Made by a program: the position numbers and the translations under genes. Under the pieces are notes generated by a model, which worked only from the letters and a program-made list of their open reading frames with translations, was not told the origin of the DNA and ran no database searches. A stretch of DNA of 64,000 nt, taken from positions 124,001-188,000 of IMG/VR virus record IMGVR_UViG_3300042514_000542. One strand, given 5' to 3'. The first letter of the stretch is position 1. Each line of letters starts with the position of its first letter. Positions 50,443-59,901 of this stretch are shown one piece after another.

Positions 50443-52239
50443 TCAACTCACAATTCTTCTAGTAATCTTATTTTCTTTCTCAAGATTAACTGTTTCTCCA
50501 TCAATATGCTTTAATGTCTCCTGTCTATGAGAAATTGCATAACATGATAATGAATGTTTATCAATTCTTTCCTTCAAAACTTCTATCAGTTTATCAAATC
50601 CGACAGGATCGAAGGCCGCATCGAAAATCTCATCAAAAAATTCAACATTGGATGATACCCCAGAAATCTTTCTCTTAATATCCTTGAATGCCCATGAACA
50701 AGCAATATCAACAGTTCTACGTTCCCCACCAGAGAAATTCCAATAAGTAGTAGCCTTTCCTGTATCAGTCGTTATATGTTCATCAAAATATTCATCAAAC
50801 TTACATCTCATGGTCATACCCAAAGAAATAATATATTTCTGAATAGACGCATTCAACATATCCAAAAGTCTCTTAATGATGAATGACTTAATACCTTCTT
50901 CTCCAAGAATAAACTTACACATCTCCAAATCACTTTGGGACTGTTGTAATTCTTCGACAATTTTTGATTCCTTCTCAAGCCTATCCTGAACTTCTTTGAT
51001 CTTCTCTTCAAAAGAAATATTATCGAGTTCCTCAACAACCATATTTTTTAATATGTCCTTCTGAAGTTCTATCGTTGATAAAATGGTATCCTTATCATAT
51101 TCGATTTGTTTCGCATCCTTCAAAATTCTAGAATTCTCCCATATTTTAGTTTGGATCTTGGACTTCTTATCTATCCAACTAACCTCCTCATCATTTAATT
51201 TTTCGATGTTATTTTCCAATTGGTTTATGATATTCACCATTTCAACCTTCATGGACTTAATATGTTCTATATGAGTTTCTGGAATGTTCTGTAAACACTT
51301 ATCACATGTAGATCCATCAACACCATCGGCTTTGGACAACTTACCCTTCTCTACTTTTAATGCAGCAGACTCCTCTGATCTTTTGAAAACAATTCTACTA
51401 AGTTTACCGTCAATATTTTCCCACACCTTATGTAATTTAACATTTTCTTCTTCTATTCCATCAATTGGAATAGATTTCATGGAATCATATCTGACTTGAA
51501 GAAGGTCTATCTTATCCTGTAACTCTTTACGGGCTTTCTTTTCACGTTCACCCCTTTCGTCGTTTTTCTTCCTTTGTTCTTCGGATAATCTAATCAGTGG
51601 GTCGATTGAATTGGATATTTCCGAAACTTTAGTCAAACCAATTGTTAATTCAGCCTTATTATCCTTAATCTGTTCCTTCAGATCCTTCAACATCTTACCA
51701 AAAATTTCCAATGCAAAGATATCCTCAATAAACTTGCGTTTTTCTTCTGGCTTTTTCGCCATGAATGGTGTGTTATCACTCAACGAAAGGATGTCACATG
51801 ATTTACATATGACTGGATTAGATCCAATCAGATCACAAATATATTTGTTGGTATTTGCTATGGAATCTTTGGAAATATCTTCATCTTGATCGCCAAGTTT
51901 CCACAATTCTACTGTTGATGGCTTTAGTTGTCTAACAACTTTATAAGAACTTGTTCCAGTATCAGTCTGAACATCAAACCATAAAGTAATACAACCCTTA
52001 CCTTTCGTAACATTATTAACTACGAACTCTTTTTTAATCTCTCTGATGGTAGTTCCAAACAGAGCATAATAGAACGATTCAATGATAACAGATTTTCCTG
52101 CACCATTTCTACGTTCTGGATTATCAATATCGACACCAGTTATGAGATTCAGACCATTCTGAAAATCAATAACCAAAGTATCGTTTCCAACACTTAGGAA
52201 ATTCTGAACAGACAATCTGGAGTATTTAATTTTTCTCAT
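50443..52239 (-). CDS. 46: Recombination endonuclease ATPase subunit (gp46/Rad50-like)
   Basis: NFLSVGN, NGAGKS, CDKC hook, FSGGE, FFDE, ISH. Confidence 0.95.
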   Translation of the reverse strand: MRKIKYSRLSVQNFLSVGNDTLVIDFQNGLNLITGVDIDNPERRNGAGKSVIIESFYYALFGTTIREIKKEFVVNNVTKGKGCITLWFDVQTDTGTSSYKVVRQLKPSTVELWKLGDQDEDISKDSIANTNKYICDLIGSNPVICKSCDILSLSDNTPFMAKKPEEKRKFIEDIFALEIFGKMLKDLKEQIKDNKAELTIGLTKVSEISNSIDPLIRLSEEQRKKNDERGEREKKARKELQDKIDLLQVRYDSMKSIPIDGIEEENVKLHKVWENIDGKLSRIVFKRSEESAALKVEKGKLSKADGVDGSTCDKCLQNIPETHIEHIKSMKVEMVNIINQLENNIEKLNDEEVSWIDKKSKIQTKIWENSRILKDAKQIEYDKDTILSTIELQKDILKNMVVEELDNISFEEKIKEVQDRLEKESKIVEELQQSQSDLEMCKFILGEEGIKSFIIKRLLDMLNASIQKYIISLGMTMRCKFDEYFDEHITTDTGKATTYWNFSGGERRTVDIACSWAFKDIKRKISGVSSNVEFFDEIFDAAFDPVGFDKLIEVLKERIDKHSLSCYAISHRQETLKHIDGETVNLEKENKITRRIVS

Positions 52240-52525
52240 TCAAGTCTTCCCTTTCAGTTTTACATATAGCAAAGACACGATCAAGCATCCTATTGGCATT
52301 AGCAAGCATCTTACATGTTTTAAACGCACTTAATAAATCATATAATTTAGACATTCGGATATACTCACCGTCAGATTTTTCATCATTTAAACGAATTATG
52401 AAATCTTCAACAGATTCCAATTTTCCCCAATCTAATGAGTATGGAATTTGTGTAAATTTGGATTGGTGTCGTATCCAATGTTCAACTCTATCCTTTTTAA
52501 TTACGAAAATTGGCTGTTTTTTCAT
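52226..52525 (-). CDS. Hypothetical protein
   Basis: ORF between gp47 and gp46. Confidence 0.6.
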   Translation of the reverse strand: MKKQPIFVIKKDRVEHWIRHQSKFTQIPYSLDWGKLESVEDFIIRLNDEKSDGEYIRMSKLYDLLSAFKTCKMLANANRMLDRVFAICKTEREDLNEKN

Positions 52526-52531
52526 ATAATA

Positions 52532-52699
52532 TTATTGCGCCCATTCCGGTAAGAGTTCACATTGAGATTTAGGAAAAAGGAATCCAAAAGTCATATTACC
52601 TAAATATTCACCGTCTTCGAAATTACATTTGAAGAAACCAATTTTTCCATCTGTGAAAAATACCTTAAAATTTTTACCTATATTATTTGTGTCGTTCAT
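52532..52699 (-). CDS. Small hypothetical protein (55 aa, below track cutoff)
   Basis: MNDTNNIGKNFKVFFTDGKIGFFKCNFEDGEY...PEWAQ fills the gap. Confidence 0.55.
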   Translation of the reverse strand: MNDTNNIGKNFKVFFTDGKIGFFKCNFEDGEYLGNMTFGFLFPKSQCELLPEWAQ

Positions 52700-53702
52700 A
52701 TAATTCTTTCATTATTTTTTCCACACGTTTTTCTTTTTCATCTTCCATTTTCAACTGCTCAATAAACTCATCAATCGAATCCAGAAGATCCACACTATCA
52801 AGTTCTTCAACATCATCAACTGTTTTAGTGGATGTGTTATATTCGGTATGGAATTGAAATGGTTTGTATTTGGAAATGTAGGTTTGAATCTTTTCAACTT
52901 GCTTTTCCGTAGCCTCAACGTCAACAATGAGTTTAACAATGTTATTTTCAAAGTCAACCTTTGTATATGACTTCAATTTCGACAATGTGATCTTCTTAAA
53001 CTTCGGTGAAACCGTATTTTCAAAGAATTCCAATGATCCGTCTTCAATATCCAAAATATGATAACCTTTAATATTACCAGCATCGGCAAAATCCATTGGA
53101 AACGTGTTACCAATATAATGAATTGAACCCTCATTATACTTCTTGGTGTTTCTATGGTGGAAATGACCAGAGAATACGGTATCGGTTCTTGATGCTAGAA
53201 AGTCCATCGATGATAATCCATGATCACAAACCTTAAAGTTATTCATCTTGAAGTTCTGGATTTCAAAGTGACCAAAAATATAGTCAAATTTCCCTTCTGG
53301 TAATTCACTATTCCATGGAACGAATAACAAATCCTTATCGAATGCGTTTATTTCAATGTTTTGATCAACGATTGTTAGGTTTTTATGACCACGTAGTAAT
53401 CCAAGACTATGAACATCTGCTCTATTCTTGTAAAAAGCATCGTGATTTCCAACAATGATTATCATATTGAATTCTGAGAACATATCTAGAATTTCAGATG
53501 CAACGTGGATAGTTTGAACACTGATTTCAGAACGATTATGAAAAAAGTCACCAAGGAATAATATATCCTTAATCTTCTTTTTCTTCAATTCTTTCACCAT
53601 CCACCTAGCCCACACTTTAGCGACTTCGTGCCAAGATTCAGAGTTTCCATAAAGACCTAAATGTAGGTCAGAAAATAGTGCTACTTTTGATTTCTTAATC
53701 AT
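52683..53702 (-). CDS. 47: Recombination endonuclease nuclease subunit (gp47/Mre11-like)
   Basis: SDLHLG, LGDFF, GNHD, GHFE, SGHFH. Confidence 0.95.
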   Translation of the reverse strand: MIKKSKVALFSDLHLGLYGNSESWHEVAKVWARWMVKELKKKKIKDILFLGDFFHNRSEISVQTIHVASEILDMFSEFNMIIIVGNHDAFYKNRADVHSLGLLRGHKNLTIVDQNIEINAFDKDLLFVPWNSELPEGKFDYIFGHFEIQNFKMNNFKVCDHGLSSMDFLASRTDTVFSGHFHHRNTKKYNEGSIHYIGNTFPMDFADAGNIKGYHILDIEDGSLEFFENTVSPKFKKITLSKLKSYTKVDFENNIVKLIVDVEATEKQVEKIQTYISKYKPFQFHTEYNTSTKTVDDVEELDSVDLLDSIDEFIEQLKMEDEKEKRVEKIMKELYERHK

Positions 53703-53967
53703 GTTTCCAATTTCGATCTAAAAATTTAGACATCTCAGCTAATGCAGGTTTGAATAAATTATTATATGAATAATCCGAGTAGTTAGCGCATTTATATTCG
53801 AATACATCTTCAGAATATCCATTAAGATGGCATCGGATAATCCACTTACCATCTTCATATCTACCATCTATTTTATCAACTCTCCTATGTTTCATATTAG
53901 TCATAACATCCGTCCTCTGAATCATGTTCCAACATCGGTCTAACATAAACCGACCCTTGTGATGCAT
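53695..53967 (-). CDS. Hypothetical protein (true start probably near 53900)
   Basis: Fills the gap between gp55 and gp47. Confidence 0.5.
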   Translation of the reverse strand: MHHKGRFMLDRCWNMIQRTDVMTNMKHRRVDKIDGRYEDGKWIIRCHLNGYSEDVFEYKCANYSDYSYNNLFKPALAEMSKFLDRNWKHD

Positions 53968-54343
53968 CGCTCATTTCATTTTCATAAACCATCTGTTTAT
54001 ATTCTTCCAGACCTTCGTGTTGTCTATTCTCTTTCTTGATACGATTGGAAAATGCATTCCATGCAATCTGATTGAAGTATGAGAATGGATTGAATTCTGA
54101 TTCAATCTTAAATTTCTTATCTTCCAATGCTGAATACATCTTCAAAATGGCATCACCCACCATCTCATCTTTCCATGTGTAATTGATAAACCTATAATTA
54201 TAACTAAGACCTTCAGCAATCTTAACTATGTTCAAGGCTAGTTCATTCGACATTACATCATCCTCGTAGTATTTCTCCAATTGCTGGCGAAATAGTTTTG
54301 ATGACACATAATACTTCTCTTTAACGTCTTTATTTGTTATCAT
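53897..54343 (-). CDS. 55: Late transcription sigma factor (gp55)
   Basis: KIAEGLS...FINYTWKDEMVGDA, NPFSYFNQIAWNAF..RIKKE. Confidence 0.93.
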   Translation of the reverse strand: MITNKDVKEKYYVSSKLFRQQLEKYYEDDVMSNELALNIVKIAEGLSYNYRFINYTWKDEMVGDAILKMYSALEDKKFKIESEFNPFSYFNQIAWNAFSNRIKKENRQHEGLEEYKQMVYENEMSDASQGSVYVRPMLEHDSEDGCYD

Positions 54344-55077
54344 AATTCTTTATTCTTTCTTGGTCGTTTACTTCCACTATTTCTTAACCTGCTCGCCTCA
54401 CCTATTCTTTTTCTAGTTTCTTCTGAATGGGTGTATGTAGAATTTTTTCTTGATTCTCTCATCTTTTCCTTTGTCTCTTCTGATAGAGGGATTCCCACCT
54501 TAAGTTGTCTCAATTTTTCTTTAGTTTCTTCACTCGTCTTATACCCCAATCTTACATTTCTCATTTTTTCCTTGGTTTCATCCGATACTTTCCTCCCCAA
54601 ATTAGACTTTCTATTTTTTTCATTAGATTCTTTTGAATGGTGTTTACCTATTCTCGAAAGCCTTATTTTTTCTCTAGTTTCTTCGGATTTTGGTTTCCTC
54701 ATTTTTTCTTTAGATTCTTCTGAATGATAATATCCGGTTCTATCTCGGGAATATTTGCATATATTATAACCTATATCATTATTTGTAGAATCTAGTAGTG
54801 ATATATAATGAGATTCTAGTTCTAATAGATCCGTATTATCTTTAAATTTATCAAAATTTTCATAGATCTCTAATATCTCAATAGTGAATGAATTCCATCC
54901 ATATTTTTTAATAACGTGTTGTAAATAACACTTGCCTTGCTTTTTATTTTCACAATATTTATGAGATATAAATCTATTTTTCAGGTTTATCGATTTTCCC
55001 ACATATATCTTATTTGTCACACCACATGTTAATTTATATACTCCAGCAACATTTTTATATTCAGAATAATTATTCAT
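54340..55077 (-). mobile_element. GIY-YIG homing endonuclease with NUMOD3 repeats
   Basis: GVYKL...IYVGKS, GYNICKYS, SEETKEK repeats. Confidence 0.92.
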
Positions 55078-55081
55078 ATAA

Positions 55082-56530
55082 TTATTTAGATGAAAGGTTT
55101 AGTTCAGTCTCCTTCCACGGTATCTGTTCGTCGTCATAAAATGTCTTTCTAAGATCTGCATGTTCAGTGGATGATTTCATATTATCATACAAATCGAAAA
55201 TTGTAAGTAAATCTTTACTATGATGTAATCTTAATCCACGACCGATTGACTGAACTATTCGAACGAATGATTTACCATTACCAGCGAACATGACATAATG
55301 TAAATTCTTAACATTGATACCAGTTGAGAAAATGGATGCCATGGCAACACATACGATATTATCCTGCGATTCCATTCTCTCGATTATAGCCATTCTCTCT
55401 AATACGGGCATCGCACCACTAACAAAATAAAATTCCTTGTCGTCAAATTTTAGATGTTCTGATAAATGCTCACCATGTTCCAGTCTATTGACTAGTATAA
55501 GAATATTCTTATTCAATTTAGATACTATTTTTCGTATGGTATTATTACGAGTCTCATCAGTATGAATAAATTCCAATTCTTTCTTATATCCTCTTGGTGG
55601 ATGTTTATGGATTAGTTTTATAACTCTGATCGTAGCATGGGCTAAAAACTTAGCATCCCTAAGTTCCTTTGAATTTTTCTCGTATATAATCGGACCGAAT
55701 GTTCCTATGATTTTCCACACATCAATTTTCTCTTTCGGTAAAGTTCCAGTAAACCCGAACTTGTTGGGAGTTTTTATCTTGGATAGGATTTTTGTCATCA
55801 CATTTCCAAGTTTGGTCTGGTGACACTCATCCCTCAATACCAGATCGACATCCAATAAATTTGTAAAGTTCCCGAATTGGGAACACAAACATTCAGTATT
55901 GACTATAATGACTTCCGTATCCGTTAAAGGTAACTTATAATTTCCCTTGGTATCAGTCTCGCCTGTCCATCCAGAGAAAGTAAACGAAACTTCGTATTCC
56001 TTAAAGTCATTCAACAACTGATGAACCAATCCTGTGCCGGGAACAACGAGTAAACATTTCACATTCCCTTTGATTTTTTTCCAATTCTCGATAAGAGATG
56101 CTTGAATCAAAGACTTACCACCACCTGTTGCCACCACAACAGTCCCACGACCCACTTTTAGGCAAGTTTCAACTGTTTCCACCTGATAGTCCCTCAAAGG
56201 ATACTTAAGCCCGTCAAATAGCTCATAGTCCTTAAAACCGCACATCAGACATTCCTTAAAATTATCTGTATAAGTTATTTCTGATATAGATTCGGATATA
56301 AGAAATTTTCGAATATCAACAAACAATCCAAAATCAAATAATCCACTGGCTTGAATAGCATACTTTCTATCAGGAATTTTGGATTTCTTACCAAGACTCT
56401 TAGCTTTATGATTTACAAAAGAGGCAGATGCATCCTTTTCTGAGAAATGGTTACGAACAAACGTCAAGATTGAATCATCACAGATCAATCTTCCTTTTCT
56501 ATAGGATTTGTCGTAGTCGAATGTGATCAT
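55082..56530 (-). CDS. uvsW: SF2 DNA helicase
   Basis: LRDYQ, ATGGGKS, DECH, GFTGT, STGIN, QSIGRGLR. Confidence 0.93.
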   Translation of the reverse strand: MITFDYDKSYRKGRLICDDSILTFVRNHFSEKDASASFVNHKAKSLGKKSKIPDRKYAIQASGLFDFGLFVDIRKFLISESISEITYTDNFKECLMCGFKDYELFDGLKYPLRDYQVETVETCLKVGRGTVVVATGGGKSLIQASLIENWKKIKGNVKCLLVVPGTGLVHQLLNDFKEYEVSFTFSGWTGETDTKGNYKLPLTDTEVIIVNTECLCSQFGNFTNLLDVDLVLRDECHQTKLGNVMTKILSKIKTPNKFGFTGTLPKEKIDVWKIIGTFGPIIYEKNSKELRDAKFLAHATIRVIKLIHKHPPRGYKKELEFIHTDETRNNTIRKIVSKLNKNILILVNRLEHGEHLSEHLKFDDKEFYFVSGAMPVLERMAIIERMESQDNIVCVAMASIFSTGINVKNLHYVMFAGNGKSFVRIVQSIGRGLRLHHSKDLLTIFDLYDNMKSSTEHADLRKTFYDDEQIPWKETELNLSSK

Positions 56531-56919
56531 TCCATTTCTAATTTTTTATGATCAATTCGATTTTTCATATCTTGATGAATCCAAGAAATCATATTCACTA
56601 CACGATCCAGATATTCTATCAGGAATTCCAGTTCAGCAAGTCTTTCGTTGATATCTTCCAACTTGGAATCATTCTCAATGCCATCCAATGTAGTTTTTGA
56701 TAAGTTGACAACACCTGACGCAACTCGACTTTCGATAAGAGCGTCTTTAATCTTCTTCTTAGCCTTGATAAGTTTTGATTTATCAATCTTTGCTAAGATC
56801 AAACGATAAATCCATGAATGTTTTACCGCTGGAATTCTTCTCAAGCGATCATCCATGTTAAAATCATCAAATTTTAGGAACTCGATTATCTCCTGTTGGT
56901 ATTCTTCAAGTTTACTCAT
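56527..56919 (-). CDS. uvsY: Recombination mediator UvsY-like
   Basis: 130 aa helical protein, IPAVKHSW, DMKNRID, directly upstream of uvsW. Confidence 0.75.
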   Translation of the reverse strand: MSKLEEYQQEIIEFLKFDDFNMDDRLRRIPAVKHSWIYRLILAKIDKSKLIKAKKKIKDALIESRVASGVVNLSKTTLDGIENDSKLEDINERLAELEFLIEYLDRVVNMISWIHQDMKNRIDHKKLEME

Positions 56920-56932
56920 CTCGTATCTTGAT

Positions 56933-56960
56933 AGTATAAATACATATATGAGATTGTCAA
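56933..56960. promoter_or_regulatory. Overlapping divergent early (-) and late (+) promoters
   Basis: TTGACA-N16-TATACT on - overlaps TATAAATA (56935-56942) on +. Confidence 0.75.
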
Positions 56961-57196
56961 TAGAAGAACAAACAAAACTTGCAAATATTTACGAAACTAA
57001 GGTGTTAGTTGAAATGGATGTAGCGGGAATTATGGGTGGTGCGCCAACTTCTGGTGGTAGTCTTGAGAATGTTGATGGTTATGCCGCTGGGGATAATAGG
57101 ATTCCTAAAATCTTAGGTGGTATTCAGACTCGTAGGGGTCTTGCGAAGAAAAATGGTAAGAAAAAGAGGAAAGTTGGCACGAAATCTGCGTCCTAA
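56948..57196 (+). CDS. Small late protein with basic tail
   Basis: Start MRLSIEE after TATAAATA-N5. Confidence 0.7.
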   Translation: MRLSIEEQTKLANIYETKVLVEMDVAGIMGGAPTSGGSLENVDGYAAGDNRIPKILGGIQTRRGLAKKNGKKKRKVGTKSAS

Positions 57197-57438
57197 TAAG
57201 TTATTATAATTGTTATAACTACTTTATAACTATTTCTTATTCTTTATTGTACATTAATATATAATAACTATAACTATATTAATAGTACCTAGCCCGCCCA
57301 CCACCCCTTAAGTATAACTACAATAACAGAAAGTCAATAGGGTAAATTGAAAATAGTTGAAAAAAGAAAATTTACTACTAATTAGTAGTAGTTAGTATAG
57401 TAAGTTATAGTTATTGTACAATAATAGAAAGAAACAAA
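57197..57438. other. Candidate replication origin / structured non-coding region
   Basis: Longest intergenic region; ATAACTA repeats, 18-bp and 14-bp palindromes, isolated G-rich tract. Confidence 0.5.
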
Positions 57439-57882
57439 ATGGACAACACAACATGGAAAAACCTACCAGAAGATTACAGTGACATTTTCGGCTTCGTTTA
57501 CATAATTAAAAATCATCACCCAGAAGCGATTAAAAAATACTACATAGGTTGTAAACAGTGTCAGAAAAGAGTGAAGAAGAAACCATTAAAGGGTAAAACA
57601 AGGAATAGAATACAGTTCAAGGATAATGATGTTCTAAAGTATTGGGGATCGTCAAAAGAATTACTAGCAGACATTGAGAATTATGGTATAGAACATTTCA
57701 CAAGAGAAGTTATACAACTATGTGATTCAAAGTTTGATATGAAGTATTCTGAACTTCATTGGCAGTTACTCACAAATGCTTTATTGGATAGTAGGTTTTA
57801 CAATGGGATCATTAACATTCGTCTAGTAGCACCGAAAAATTACGTTGACAAACCAAGAAGTCTCGATACACTCAATTTATGA
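57439..57882 (+). CDS. Short GIY-YIG-family nuclease
   Basis: GFVYII...YYIGCKQ, YWGSS, FTREVI, FYNG. Confidence 0.75.
   Translation: MDNTTWKNLPEDYSDIFGFVYIIKNHHPEAIKKYYIGCKQCQKRVKKKPLKGKTRNRIQFKDNDVLKYWGSSKELLADIENYGIEHFTREVIQLCDSKFDMKYSELHWQLLTNALLDSRFYNGIINIRLVAPKNYVDKPRSLDTLNL
57845..57872 (+). promoter_or_regulatory. Sigma70-type early promoter
   Basis: TTGACA-N16-TACACT-N6-ATG. Confidence 0.75.
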
Positions 57883-58373
57883 TTTTCATAAAAGAGTATA
57901 ACGGTGTTGTTTTTGAAGACTTGGAATCCGTTTTTAAAAAAACCAATATAGATTTTTACAATTATATAACAGAAATGGGTATAGAAATAGATCTTTCCAA
58001 AAAGGATCAACAAAAAATATATCTACATCATTTTATAATTTATCTATGTAATGTTTTAAAGACCCATAATGATAAAATAATATTCCATATTAATTCATTT
58101 AATATTTGCGATATTCAGAAAAAAATAATTAAAAAGATTAAGAGAATATTTGGAATACGCATATGGGTGTCTCCCTATACTATTGATACGTTTTTGGAAA
58201 ATTTGAAGAATCGTGATGTTACCATAACGGATTCTTTCGAATTATACTTAAACATCAAATCTAAACCAAAATCATTTAGACATATTAAAAAATATTTAGA
58301 TAAGGAAGGCTTTACCAGTCTTTCAGATAGTTATTTCCAAGACATAGCAAACAAAATGGTTATTCTTTGTTAA
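57879..58373 (+). CDS. Hypothetical protein
   Basis: 164 aa ORF after early promoter. Confidence 0.7.
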   Translation: MIFIKEYNGVVFEDLESVFKKTNIDFYNYITEMGIEIDLSKKDQQKIYLHHFIIYLCNVLKTHNDKIIFHINSFNICDIQKKIIKKIKRIFGIRIWVSPYTIDTFLENLKNRDVTITDSFELYLNIKSKPKSFRHIKKYLDKEGFTSLSDSYFQDIANKMVILC

Positions 58374-58382
58374 ATAATCAAT

Positions 58383-58823
58383 ATGAGTAAATTCCTTAAT
58401 CTTATAGAACAGTTCGATCCACAAAACACTGAAGATCCCAAGTGGAAACTGATTGATTATCTTAAATCCAAAGGTGTTCATGTAGAACTTGTAAGGGATA
58501 CCGATATGGTTCATATCCATACAGATGGTGATGTCATTGCGGTTAATGTTTCCATTCCAGAAGAAGAGGCTGAAAGTATTAATGCTGGAACTGGAACCTA
58601 TGAAGTAGATCAAGAGGTTGAAAATCTTGGAAATAAGGCTAATAGCGGATTAAGAGGATTGGCAGCAAAAGCTTGGGGAACTCCAGCACAAAAAGCTAAA
58701 ACAGCGGTGAAAGAGCGTCAACAAGTTGCTGGACAAGCTGTAGATGCATATAAAAAAGGAACCGAAAGAATCCAAAAAGGATTACAAGCGGTTAAAAAAT
58801 CAGCAATCGGCAGAACATACTAA
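58383..58823 (+). CDS. Putative head/internal protein
   Basis: MSKFLNLIE; TAAATA-N6. Confidence 0.65.
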   Translation: MSKFLNLIEQFDPQNTEDPKWKLIDYLKSKGVHVELVRDTDMVHIHTDGDVIAVNVSIPEEEAESINAGTGTYEVDQEVENLGNKANSGLRGLAAKAWGTPAQKAKTAVKERQQVAGQAVDAYKKGTERIQKGLQAVKKSAIGRTY

Positions 58824-59197
58824 TGAAATCTAAAACTTTACAACTAATCAATCGTTATCACCGTCTTATTAGAGAGCAAGGTGAAGACCCATCTATGGAA
58901 CAAGACCCTAATGCTATGGAACAACCACAAGATGCTGTTGATCCAAATGCTGGAGGTGCTGGAGAAGAGGAATTACCATTAACGTCTCAAGGTGAAGATA
59001 AGTATATTGCTGATCTTATTGATGCAGCATTATTCGAGCCATCAGCAGAAGACGCTAGAACACTTTTAAATCTCCAAAACGTAATGCAAATGAAGCGTTA
59101 CAAAAATGCTAGAGAAGAAGTTCTACCATTAGTATTATCTCTTATTAGTTCTGAAACCCAAGGTGGGGATCTTAAAAAGAGCTTGAATTCAATTTAA
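58823..59197 (+). CDS. Putative head/internal protein
   Basis: LIRE-QGED site; TAATG coupling. Confidence 0.65.
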   Translation: MKSKTLQLINRYHRLIREQGEDPSMEQDPNAMEQPQDAVDPNAGGAGEEELPLTSQGEDKYIADLIDAALFEPSAEDARTLLNLQNVMQMKRYKNAREEVLPLVLSLISSETQGGDLKKSLNSI

Positions 59198-59222
59198 CCT
59201 AAACATTTTAATAAATAATACT

Positions 59223-59621
59223 ATGAAGTTCCGCGATAGAGAAAATGCTTTAATTTGGGAGAGATATGTTGATCCATACACCCAATTAGAAATGGATGGA
59301 GATGAATCATTGAATGATCCTACAGTTGAAGACCCTATGATGGGTGAAGAGGATCTTGAGGTTCTGGCATTTGAACCAGAAATGGATATTGAAACCGAAG
59401 AACATGAAGCGTGTAATGAAGTTATATATTCTGATATCAAAAAACTTGCCGAATATTCAAAAAGAATTCTTGGAATTTGTCAAGAAAAAGAAATGGAACC
59501 TTGGATGCAAGCAAAACTTATAAAAGCTTCTGATTATGTTTCTGAAGTATGGCATAGACTTGATTCGGAAGCAGATTTTGCAAATACTGGATTTGAACAG
59601 TCCGACAACATTAGTTTCTAA
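59223..59621 (+). CDS. Acidic putative head protein
   Basis: RENALIWE; EPWMQAKLIKASDY motif; TAAATA-N5. Confidence 0.65.
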   Translation: MKFRDRENALIWERYVDPYTQLEMDGDESLNDPTVEDPMMGEEDLEVLAFEPEMDIETEEHEACNEVIYSDIKKLAEYSKRILGICQEKEMEPWMQAKLIKASDYVSEVWHRLDSEADFANTGFEQSDNISF

Positions 59622-59622
59622 T

Positions 59623-59898
59623 ATGAGTAAGTTTTTGACGAAGAGCGAGGAATATCAATTGATGTGGGAAAAAACCCAAATCAAAGAGTCCAATGTTCAA
59701 CCAATAAATGTATTATTGGAATCAAAACATATGTTAGAAAACATAGTAAAAACTATTAATATCAACTCTGGTTCGATGAAACCTATAAAAGAGAATAAAA
59801 ATCAACCATCGGTTGATGATGTGGTGAAAGTATATGATACATTACTCAAAATAACCAAACAGATGGGTGTTGATACAACACTTCAACCAGTGATTTAA
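59623..59898 (+). CDS. Putative head/internal protein
   Basis: Start MSKFLTK 1 nt after the upstream stop; IKE and LLE sites. Confidence 0.6.
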   Translation: MSKFLTKSEEYQLMWEKTQIKESNVQPINVLLESKHMLENIVKTININSGSMKPIKENKNQPSVDDVVKVYDTLLKITKQMGVDTTLQPVI

Positions 59899-59901
59899 TG
59901 A

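Noticed and set aside
57197-57438. CRISPR array or tRNA in the long intergenic region
   Set aside because: Repeats are 7-14 bp without regular spacers; no cloverleaf or T-loop motif
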